From IMG/VR virus record IMGVR_UViG_3300031787_000001, positions 62,001 to 126,000 of that record: a DNA stretch of 64,000 bases, one strand, 5' to 3'. Made by a program: the position numbers and the translations under genes. The number at the start of each line of letters is the position of its first letter. Position 1 is the first letter of the stretch. The notes below the pieces were generated by a model. It saw only the letters and a program-made list of their open reading frames with translations. It made no database searches and was not told where the DNA came from. Shown in pieces: positions 56,070 through 64,000 of the stretch.

Positions 56070-57940
56070 TATACAAAATTATATTCTGATATTAGTTGTC
56101 CAGCCGAATTATCTGTTAGCATTGTTCTCATCCTGACAGCTAGTGGGTCTGAACTTGTGTTTATAAAGTTTAATATGTCTTGTGCCGTTATATTCGCAGT
56201 TCCAACTGTATTATCAGTTAGAACATTAACTCTTATATCTGATGGAGATGCAACAATCATTGTTCCTGTTAAACCACTTGCAGGTCCATATTGAATCAAA
56301 TTTCTAACATCACTTGTTGGAGGTAAATTTGGAAAACTATCTGCGGAATATAATGTTCTTGTTAATCCTCCACCTATATCCATTCTCCAAAGTGTTGTTG
56401 CACTATTGCTGATAAATACGTTAGGACACCATATAGCCATTCTTCCCAATGTGTTATACATATTACCTGTTAGGTTGACATTACTATTTGTATTTGTTGA
56501 TGAGATACCAACAGATGTTGATGAGGCGTAAACATCACCACTTACAGTTATAGCAATTGCGGATGTTGTTGAAATACCCGCAGTCGCTCTTGCAAAAACA
56601 CTACCATTTATTATAAGTGGTGCAGTTGTTGATACTCCGACAGCAGCGGCGCCATAAATGTTACCATTTATTGTTGTTGGTGCGGTTGTTATTAATCCAT
56701 TAGACGCCGCAGCATATACATCACCGTTAATTAGAACAGATGCCGCGGATGTGATAAATACCGCTTCAGCATTAACATTAAAACCACCAAATAGGTTACC
56801 GTTGATTATCAGAATTGAAGATACGTTATTTAGTATAACACCCCTAGTACCAGAAGTATTACCCTGTACATTACCTGTAATAGTTATATTACCGGCAGTT
56901 TGATTTATTGATGCTAATGTACTATTACCATTAACATTACCCACAACTACCGTATTTCCAGCAATAGAGTTGAGAGCATAAGCTGTCCCCCCATTTCCAC
57001 CGCCGAACATATCACCTATTATCGTTATAGTACCTGTTGAAGTTTTATTTATACAAAACGCAGTACCACTTGCATTACCTCCATTGAATCTAATACCATT
57101 CAATATTAAATCACAATTTCCTGTGTGATTGAACATCTGTGTTCCGACTGTTGCTAATGCAGTCACAGTGCTTGCTAAATTAAGTGTTACTGTCCCTCCT
57201 GTAGCGGTAATTGTTATTAAATTTGTCGCACCTATTGATAGAGATGATGAAGTGGATGTACAAGTTACAGATACACCTGCTGTGTTGAAGTTGAAAGACC
57301 CACCCGCAGCCAATGCAGCTGTTCCTGGTTGGTAGAGTTCGAGTTCTGTTATTCTTGTATTTGAACTAGCACCATTATTACTTACATTAACTCTGTAATA
57401 TCTATATGCTGTTGGATTACCTATGGAGAATATTGAATATGTTCCACCAGCAGGTATTGCGGTTGCACTTGTAACTGTATGTAATATATTCCAACTAGTA
57501 TTATTATTACTTCCTTCAAATGTCCAGTTACGAGGATTATCATTAACACTATTACTTCCGTAAATGGTATAACCATCTATAATAATAGAACTACCAAAAT
57601 CAAATGATAACCAAGAAGGAAGACCGTTACTAGTCCAATAGGTTGATGTTGAATAGTTTCTATCAAAAGCTCTATATGCTTCTTGGCCAGCGGCAAAAAC
57701 AGTGCTAGCAGCAGCAACATAAGGACTTGGAGCATTGTTGGCCGTCATCTGCGGTGTAGCAATATCTCTTGCTCTTGCACTATTGTTTAAACTGTTCACC
57801 GTAGAATTAACATTCATAGTAACAGTGAAACCATTGGAGAATACATCATCAGATGATGTGGGAATACCCAATGTTGCACCATTATTCCATGTTGATGTTG
57901 AAGACCATGTTCCACCTGTTACTGCCCAACGTGTTGCCAT
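56069..57940 (-). CDS. tail fibre/spike-like protein (paralogue)
   Basis: shares N-terminus (RWA.TGG.WS...WN.G.TLGIPT) and C-terminus (RTLYS...FPN.PP.SDVR) with 54189..56069. Confidence 0.6.
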   Translation of the reverse strand: MATRWAVTGGTWSSTSTWNNGATLGIPTSSDDVFSNGFTVTMNVNSTVNSLNNSARARDIATPQMTANNAPSPYVAAASTVFAAGQEAYRAFDRNYSTSTYWTSNGLPSWLSFDFGSSIIIDGYTIYGSNSVNDNPRNWTFEGSNNNTSWNILHTVTSATAIPAGGTYSIFSIGNPTAYRYYRVNVSNNGASSNTRITELELYQPGTAALAAGGSFNFNTAGVSVTCTSTSSSLSIGATNLITITATGGTVTLNLASTVTALATVGTQMFNHTGNCDLILNGIRFNGGNASGTAFCINKTSTGTITIIGDMFGGGNGGTAYALNSIAGNTVVVGNVNGNSTLASINQTAGNITITGNVQGNTSGTRGVILNNVSSILIINGNLFGGFNVNAEAVFITSAASVLINGDVYAAASNGLITTAPTTINGNIYGAAAVGVSTTAPLIINGSVFARATAGISTTSAIAITVSGDVYASSTSVGISSTNTNSNVNLTGNMYNTLGRMAIWCPNVFISNSATTLWRMDIGGGLTRTLYSADSFPNLPPTSDVRNLIQYGPASGLTGTMIVASPSDIRVNVLTDNTVGTANITAQDILNFINTSSDPLAVRMRTMLTDNSAGQLISEYNFV

Positions 57941-57942
57941 AT

Positions 57943-58260
57943 CTAACTATAACTATGTGTTAAATACCCTACCCAATTAACCCCACCAACAGGTTGTGCT
58001 GTTGCCGTAGCACTAACACTTCCATCACTTGATGTTGTTAATCTTGTTATCGTCCAAACCAAATCGGACTCTGTTGTTGCAACACCTGTTGTTGTAACAG
58101 GTGCAACTCCGCAATAAAGATTTGATCCTGATAACGCAAATCTTCTTATCAAATTATATTCATTATATGCATCCCAAGCATAACCGTTATACTTCCAAGA
58201 GATTCCTCCTGAAGTATATATTTGATTAGGTGTTGCTCCTGTTGGAAAGTTTAATGCCAT
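57943..58260 (-). CDS. small tail-associated protein
   Basis: MALNFP...WKYNGYAW motif common in tail-fibre modules. Confidence 0.5.
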   Translation of the reverse strand: MALNFPTGATPNQIYTSGGISWKYNGYAWDAYNEYNLIRRFALSGSNLYCGVAPVTTTGVATTESDLVWTITRLTTSSDGSVSATATAQPVGGVNWVGYLTHSYS

Positions 58261-58802
58261 TAGATTTCAATTTGATATGCACTTATGAATATATCATCCA
58301 CTTGTTGGTCTGTTAATCCTAAAACCATTTGTATCATACTAACGGTTGGACTATCTCTTTCAATATAGTTTGAGTAATCCCAAGCATATTGAGCTTTTAT
58401 TTTAAGTTCTTGTTCAGGTTGTGTTCCTGATGGAAGAGCATTAATTGCATTTGTAACATCACTTTCCAATCCTTGAATTGCAAGTTCCGCTCTTAACTGC
58501 CATCTTGTTACCTTAACAGGAACTCCATCAACAACATCTGTTACCAAAGGATGTGTTAATTGTCCTTTGAAATAATTATCAATCGGAAGTGATGTTAGAA
58601 CAGATAATAGATGATTTTTTTCTGATTCTGTTAAAACAACTTCTGATGTTGATTTCAATTCTGTTGAGATTCTATACTCCAATAGAGGTTTATCAGAAGT
58701 TATTCTTCTGTCTAATTCTTGTGCAATATATGTTGCCGCTGTGTCTGTGGTTCCATAAGGTGAACCATCTTTTTCAATGTTAAAATTAAAATTGTATGTC
58801 AT
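58260..58802 (-). CDS. tail fibre assembly/chaperone-like protein
   Basis: VTRWQLRAEL...WDYS..IER..P....LGLTDQQVDDIF; start placed at ATG 58802. Confidence 0.5.
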   Translation of the reverse strand: MTYNFNFNIEKDGSPYGTTDTAATYIAQELDRRITSDKPLLEYRISTELKSTSEVVLTESEKNHLLSVLTSLPIDNYFKGQLTHPLVTDVVDGVPVKVTRWQLRAELAIQGLESDVTNAINALPSGTQPEQELKIKAQYAWDYSNYIERDSPTVSMIQMVLGLTDQQVDDIFISAYQIEI

Positions 58803-58813
58803 AGTTTTTATAT

Positions 58814-59224
58814 TTATATTTCGTAGAAGAATTGACAAGATATTTCTTTTATTCCAGATGCAGTAAATGTTGTAGTTGCATTGTTAAATGCTGTAAATCT
58901 ATATGCATTTAATATATTTGTAGGACTTGTAGTTTGTGCAATGAAACCTAATTGAAATGAACCATTGTCTGCTAAATATGAATATGGAATTCCCAATAAC
59001 CCTTTAATTATAAATGGTAATGAAAAATTCAATGATGTAGAGTTTGATGTTCCAGCAATACTCACAAAAACATAAACCATATTACCTACCACTTTATATT
59101 TTATTATTTTTCTTGTATAACTACCCCATCCCACAATAGTAGACTGCTCCGAGAAATCAATCCACGGAGTATTGATATTATTTGCCAAATCACCACCATA
59201 CATTCCATTTGCAAGTCCATTCAT
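58814..59224 (-). CDS. tail fibre C-terminal-like domain protein
   Basis: YKVVGNMVYV...FSLPF pattern. Confidence 0.5.
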   Translation of the reverse strand: MNGLANGMYGGDLANNINTPWIDFSEQSTIVGWGSYTRKIIKYKVVGNMVYVFVSIAGTSNSTSLNFSLPFIIKGLLGIPYSYLADNGSFQLGFIAQTTSPTNILNAYRFTAFNNATTTFTASGIKEISCQFFYEI

Positions 59225-59236
59225 AAATTATTAATT

Positions 59237-59698
59237 TTAAGGTGCGACAAAATCTTGCGCAAATGATGTTATCCAACAGGACCTACCTGCCGTCAAGTTA
59301 GCTAATGTTGTCGCTCTTAAAACATCACCAGCCACCAATGGAATATATTGTCTCCCTGTATTATCTATTGGGAGACCAGGAATATTTGTTCCATTCAAAA
59401 AGTCCGTTACAAACCTAGCAGCATTCGTATTACCTGCGGATATTGGAACGTTAACTAATCCAATTGGAACAACTGTTGAACCACCTCTTAAAATATAAAG
59501 GAATACGTTAGGTGATAATGATGCATCATCTGTTGAAGCGATCAACGAAATTATTCTTGTCCCATATGTTCCAGCAGTTTCAATGGTAACACCATTTGTA
59601 TTGCTACCTAATGTTCCAATTGTGGTTCCGTTTAATACCGCAATACCACTATTTAATTCATTTGCAACCCTTACAATTGCGTCGTTTCTTAAAGCCAT
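59237..59698 (-). CDS. hypothetical structural protein
   Basis: 153 aa, beta-rich. Confidence 0.5.
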   Translation of the reverse strand: MALRNDAIVRVANELNSGIAVLNGTTIGTLGSNTNGVTIETAGTYGTRIISLIASTDDASLSPNVFLYILRGGSTVVPIGLVNVPISAGNTNAARFVTDFLNGTNIPGLPIDNTGRQYIPLVAGDVLRATTLANLTAGRSCWITSFAQDFVAP

Positions 59699-59701
59699 AG
59701 T

Positions 59702-61351
59702 TTAATAATTAAATAATATTCTTTGATTTATCATTGTTGCATAATCTACTTCATCACTAAAAGATTGTAAAGCGTTATTAACAACATTATTTGTTGGATA
59801 TTTTGTATTTGAACTGTCCAACGCAACAGTTTCTTTGTTTGCAACATTTTCAGGTATATAACCAATCACATTAGTTATACTCGCCGCAGATACAACCACA
59901 CCATCACCAATTAATACACCTGTAAAAGTTGTTGTTGTCCCTGAATCAATGTTATTTGTTCCATTAACACCTTGAGGACCTTGAGGACCAACAGGTAATG
60001 TTTGTTGTATCCATTGATAGCTGTTACCATCATAATTATATTTATACTCCACACCTGTTTCAGAATGTTGCCAAACTGAACCTTCGTCAATTGATGCAGT
60101 CCCTGTACCTGTTGGTGCCGTGTTTTGATAATAGAATTTGTATGATACGATATTTGCAGTTAAAGGTAATTTTCCTTCATTCTGATTTAATGTCAAAACA
60201 TTATTTGAATATGTTAAACCAGTAACATATGTATCAATGAATGATGGTATTGTTGTTATACCAAAACTATATTCATTACTACCCTCACTATACAAATAAA
60301 TTGTTTCAGTTGAATTAGAAGTATTTTGTCCATATATCTTAACTAATAACCTATCGGTAAGATCCAACGTAGCACCCGAAAAATAAGCATCAGAAATATA
60401 CATCTGAGTTGTTGTAGACACAACAGGAACAGTCTCCGTTGTTAATAATAAAGTTTCTGTTCCACCCGAAGATCTTTTATATAATTCAACATAAATGTTA
60501 AAAGCGGCACTTACAGAACCTGTTTTTGCATGAAGATAAAAACCAACAATTCCTATCGGAAGTTGTGTTAAATTAGGTATATTAGAAGGAGTTAAAAACC
60601 CACCAATATATACCGTTTGTGTTGACCCTGTTGTTGCTGATATTATTTGTTCTATCCCGGATGTTGGTGTTGGAGAAAATTCATAATACCCATCTTGGGT
60701 ATTAGATATATTCAGATAATATATTTGACCACCTGAACCACCACCCGCTTTAGGAATACCCGTTAAATTACTACCATCACCAAAATAAGTGAAAGCCGTT
60801 ACACTACCTGATGACGATAGTGATGGGACATTTAATTGTCCCGTCATTGTGTCACCACCTTTATTTACTTTTTGTGAAAGATTGTTTTGAGTTGAAGATG
60901 TAAACGACTCAAATAGTGAATATGGTGTAATATTGGTTAGAGTAAAACTATTACCATCATTATAACTAAAAACAATTGAAGTTCCCGATACTGTCCCACC
61001 ACTAATAAATGTATCAGTGAACCCTGTAACGATTACATTACTATTATCTGAATTATAAAGAGTTAATACTTTTGTACTTGAATCAAATGTCCCACCTGTT
61101 ACTGTTGTACCACCAGTACCACCTGAAATTGGTTTCCAAGTTGCATTACCACTTGAATCCGATGTTAAAACATAACCGTATGATTCGGAACCATCTTGGT
61201 ATTTCAATGTGCCCATTATTGTCATACCCGACGAAAATATCGGATTGACGGGGATATCACCACCTATTCTATAAACAATACCACTTGTAATATCTGACTG
61301 TAAAACATAGTTATATGATTCTTTAATCAGTAATCCCGAAATATTTGACAT
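59702..61351 (-). CDS. tail fibre-like protein with short collagen motif
   Basis: YVLTSDSSGNATW, KGGDTMTG, YFGDGSNLTG, GPQGPQG. Confidence 0.65.
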   Translation of the reverse strand: MSNISGLLIKESYNYVLQSDITSGIVYRIGGDIPVNPIFSSGMTIMGTLKYQDGSESYGYVLTSDSSGNATWKPISGGTGGTTVTGGTFDSSTKVLTLYNSDNSNVIVTGFTDTFISGGTVSGTSIVFSYNDGNSFTLTNITPYSLFESFTSSTQNNLSQKVNKGGDTMTGQLNVPSLSSSGSVTAFTYFGDGSNLTGIPKAGGGSGGQIYYLNISNTQDGYYEFSPTPTSGIEQIISATTGSTQTVYIGGFLTPSNIPNLTQLPIGIVGFYLHAKTGSVSAAFNIYVELYKRSSGGTETLLLTTETVPVVSTTTQMYISDAYFSGATLDLTDRLLVKIYGQNTSNSTETIYLYSEGSNEYSFGITTIPSFIDTYVTGLTYSNNVLTLNQNEGKLPLTANIVSYKFYYQNTAPTGTGTASIDEGSVWQHSETGVEYKYNYDGNSYQWIQQTLPVGPQGPQGVNGTNNIDSGTTTTFTGVLIGDGVVVSAASITNVIGYIPENVANKETVALDSSNTKYPTNNVVNNALQSFSDEVDYATMINQRILFNY

Positions 61352-61535
61352 ACTAGTTTAAATATAAATATTTTTAAGGACTAAATAAACTATTATAACA
61401 TAAAAAATCCCCAAATTGGGGATTTAAAAATTTTTTCTATTTTCATATCTCTGTGTTAGAAATATCTTTAATAGATAAATTGATGGAACACAAATTAAAA
61501 GTAACATAATAAATTATTTTTTTATTTAAAATATA

Positions 61536-62495
61536 TTAAGCAACCATGTTACTTATTTTTCTACCTCCCTGTGCGATCAAACTATTACCACTATTTATTC
61601 TGTGACTTACTGCGGATTTAGTTAAATAAACAGGATCTAAATTACCATTTGCAACTTGTAAATTTATTTTTTTTGCAAATTTTTGAAACCAACCCGGTCC
61701 ATTCCAAACACCATAAACAAAATGGAACATTAACGGTGGTGTTGAATTAACTATCTGAATTGCTTTTGGTGATAAATATGATTTACAGTATTGGTCATAC
61801 AATGGTTTCATCATTTTAGGTATTAAAGACATTAATTGAGATTGTAACGGTCCACCGAAATAATTCCATTTCCATTTATTTTTTGCGTTCTGACCATCAA
61901 TTATTGACCAAAACTGTTTACCGGCAGACGTTGTATTGATACTACCTCCCGTTTTTCTATCTATACCAAACATGGTTTCACCCGAACCTGCATATCTTTG
62001 GTCTTTTACTCTACCATCTTTTAACATGTTAGGATGATAATATCCACCCTCAAGTTCTTGTACTACTTTTTGTACAATACCATCAAAATCTGTGGGTATA
62101 TTTTTAAATTTTCCCGAACTAAGTTTTTGAGATCTTGATTTTATTCTCCAATCATCTTTCTCATTTATCTTCTCAATTTCTTCTTTAAGGTATTTTTTTA
62201 TTATATTTTCTAATCTTAGCTCGTTCATTTTTTTTGAATTTTTTATTTTAATTGTACCTATTGATTTTGGAAAAAACTCAGTAGTATCCACGTCATCACC
62301 ATATTTGTTAATTAAAAAAATACCAGTTTTTAATTCACCAATATCCTCTATCCTATAAATTTTATTTTCTTCAACATCAACACCTTCTTTTTGTGGGTAT
62401 CCCACGTATTTTTCATCACCGTTTGAATATATTGGAATTTCATATCCTTTGTATGAAATTTTATCTATTTTTTTAAATTTTGGTTTAAAGAACAT
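61536..62495 (-). CDS. protein with GH108-like lysozyme domain
   Basis: LEGGYYHP...GETMFGID; start placed at ATG 62495. Confidence 0.5.
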   Translation of the reverse strand: MFFKPKFKKIDKISYKGYEIPIYSNGDEKYVGYPQKEGVDVEENKIYRIEDIGELKTGIFLINKYGDDVDTTEFFPKSIGTIKIKNSKKMNELRLENIIKKYLKEEIEKINEKDDWRIKSRSQKLSSGKFKNIPTDFDGIVQKVVQELEGGYYHPNMLKDGRVKDQRYAGSGETMFGIDRKTGGSINTTSAGKQFWSIIDGQNAKNKWKWNYFGGPLQSQLMSLIPKMMKPLYDQYCKSYLSPKAIQIVNSTPPLMFHFVYGVWNGPGWFQKFAKKINLQVANGNLDPVYLTKSAVSHRINSGNSLIAQGGRKISNMVA

Positions 62496-62615
62496 AATAA
62501 TAAATATATAAAAAAATAGAACAAAAACAAAATAGGACAAGAGTAGCGAATTCTTGTCCTTGTCGCGGAATATAACCATCCCGGTCCTAATCCGAGTATC
62601 TAAACTCGGTGTATC

Positions 62616-62945
62616 TTACCTGTGTTTTATGAGTAACTCACCCAACACTTCTATTTTACCAACTAATTTTTGAAATTCAACTTGACCCAAACTCGGATCA
62701 TCTGTTTTACATAATTTATCCAATAGTTCTTTATATTCTTTTTTGGATTTTTCAACATCAAATTTACCTTCAGATGCTTTCTTATAATAAGGTAATTTAA
62801 CCACAAAATGATGATAAGTTAACATAGAAGAACCACCCTTTTCTTTTGCGGTATTCGCAATCTTTGTAGCACCTTTTAATCTTTTGCCAGAAAATTCCTC
62901 AAACTGTTCTTCTTTGGATTCTTCTAATATCTCTAAAAATTTCAT
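62616..62945 (-). CDS. hypothetical protein
   Basis: 109 aa ORF. Confidence 0.55.
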   Translation of the reverse strand: MKFLEILEESKEEQFEEFSGKRLKGATKIANTAKEKGGSSMLTYHHFVVKLPYYKKASEGKFDVEKSKKEYKELLDKLCKTDDPSLGQVEFQKLVGKIEVLGELLIKHR

Positions 62946-62946
62946 A

Positions 62947-63282
62947 TTATTCTCTCCACATTGGATTTGCGATTATTAATTTATCACCTTCAACACGAGG
63001 AATCTCACCCATATCTTGATTATCGGCAAATTCTATTTGATCGGGATAAAATTTTTGACCATTAAAAACGGTATAATAAGTGTCTTCGTTGTCGTTAGAA
63101 TTGTCTTTACCCATATGACTATAACCTTGTGATCTTAATGCATCTTTAGCCGCATCCTGAGCTGTAGGTTTATTAAAAAATCTACCAAAACGACCGAAAA
63201 ACCCTTCACCTTCATTAATCAAATTATATTTTTTTCTTATTTCATTTTTTTCGGATTCTGTAATTGTAAAACGTTTTCCCAT
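62947..63282 (-). CDS. hypothetical protein, probable internal head protein
   Basis: FTITESEKNEIRKKYNLINE N-terminal motif. Confidence 0.55.
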   Translation of the reverse strand: MGKRFTITESEKNEIRKKYNLINEGEGFFGRFGRFFNKPTAQDAAKDALRSQGYSHMGKDNSNDNEDTYYTVFNGQKFYPDQIEFADNQDMGEIPRVEGDKLIIANPMWRE

Positions 63283-63323
63283 TATATTTCTTTTTATATA
63301 AATATCTCTATTATATTTTTAAC

Positions 63324-64000
63324 TTACATCAAAGATTTTGCATGTCCTAAATCAATAACACCAAATTTTTGTGCTTGTTTTAAATAACCACCATTCACAA
63401 AATTATTTGGTGAATTTTTTATCATTCTCTTCCAACCATTATATTGAGTAGTGTAGTCCCATATTTTTTTTGTGTCACCCCATCCCTTTTTATATAACCA
63501 ACCACCAACATTACCACCAGTTCTATCAGCACCATGATGACAATGAATTAATGTATTTCCTTTATCCAACAATTCATTTACTTTATCTTGATCTTTTGTG
63601 GATGATAATTTATAAAATTTACACCCATTTTCTTCACAAACTCTTTTTTCTTCTTTTATGGATAATCCAGAACTATCTCCACCATCACCATTAAATCTTA
63701 CTACATTTTTTATTCCATATTTTAATATAACACCTTTTAGTGCATCTGCCGTAGGTTCTGCGGAACGATAATTGTTATCACCTAAAGGTATTTTATGGAA
63801 ATTTTTTATACTTTTATCGTTTATATCTTCCGAATCTGTCGAGAACGTAGGTCCAACGTATTCTTTACCATAAACCTCTTCATAGGCCTTTCTGGTCATT
63901 GGTCCCATAATACCATCAACACCATCTTTTTTAGGTCCATATTTACCGATATCTTTTTTATGGACATAAACTAATTCTTTTTGTATATCTTCTATACTTT
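63324..64000 (-). CDS. peptidoglycan-binding domain fused to Cys-based (PTP/DSP-like) phosphatase; 5' end outside window
   Basis: frame open to window edge (IQKEL...DGVDGIMGPMT); IHCHHGADRTG = HCX5R. Confidence 0.7.
   Translation of the reverse strand, partial: SIEDIQKELVYVHKKDIGKYGPKKDGVDGIMGPMTRKAYEEVYGKEYVGPTFSTDSEDINDKSIKNFHKIPLGDNNYRSAEPTADALKGVILKYGIKNVVRFNGDGGDSSGLSIKEEKRVCEENGCKFYKLSSTKDQDKVNELLDKGNTLIHCHHGADRTGGNVGGWLYKKGWGDTKKIWDYTTQYNGWKRMIKNSPNNFVNGGYLKQAQKFGVIDLGHAKSLM

Noticed and set aside
492-63694. Numerous antisense ORFs of 60-140 aa overlapping long genes
   Set aside because: Opposite-strand shadows with no motifs or initiation context.

Overview
AT-rich segment of a large T4-like (jumbo/huge) phage, most likely infecting Bacteroidota. 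The host call rests on repeated TTTG-N19/20-TAnnTTTG promoters and a Bacteroidia-type bS21. Left to right: (1) head-assembly module (prohead protease, portal, large terminase) with an oppositely oriented bS21; (2) Hsp20 and an N-domain-less ClpC; (3) RNA end-repair operon (PNK kinase, Rnl1, cyclic-phosphate receiver domain); (4) a ~10 kb RNA island with 26 tRNAs covering all 20 amino acids, three tRNA-like RNAs with long hairpin insertions, a ~800 nt GOLLD-like RNA and tmRNA; (5) glycosylation genes, GMP reductase, a lysis cassette and tail-fibre-like genes. The standout observation is that each of the two large tRNA arrays is preceded by a short leader ORF and a terminator/antiterminator. The leader's codons are almost exclusively those read by the tRNAs of its own array, and every tRNA of the array is represented. 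This looks like a ribosome-stalling attenuator that monitors a whole panel of tRNAs and switches on the matching replacement array. All calls are made by eye; no database searches or folding computations were run.
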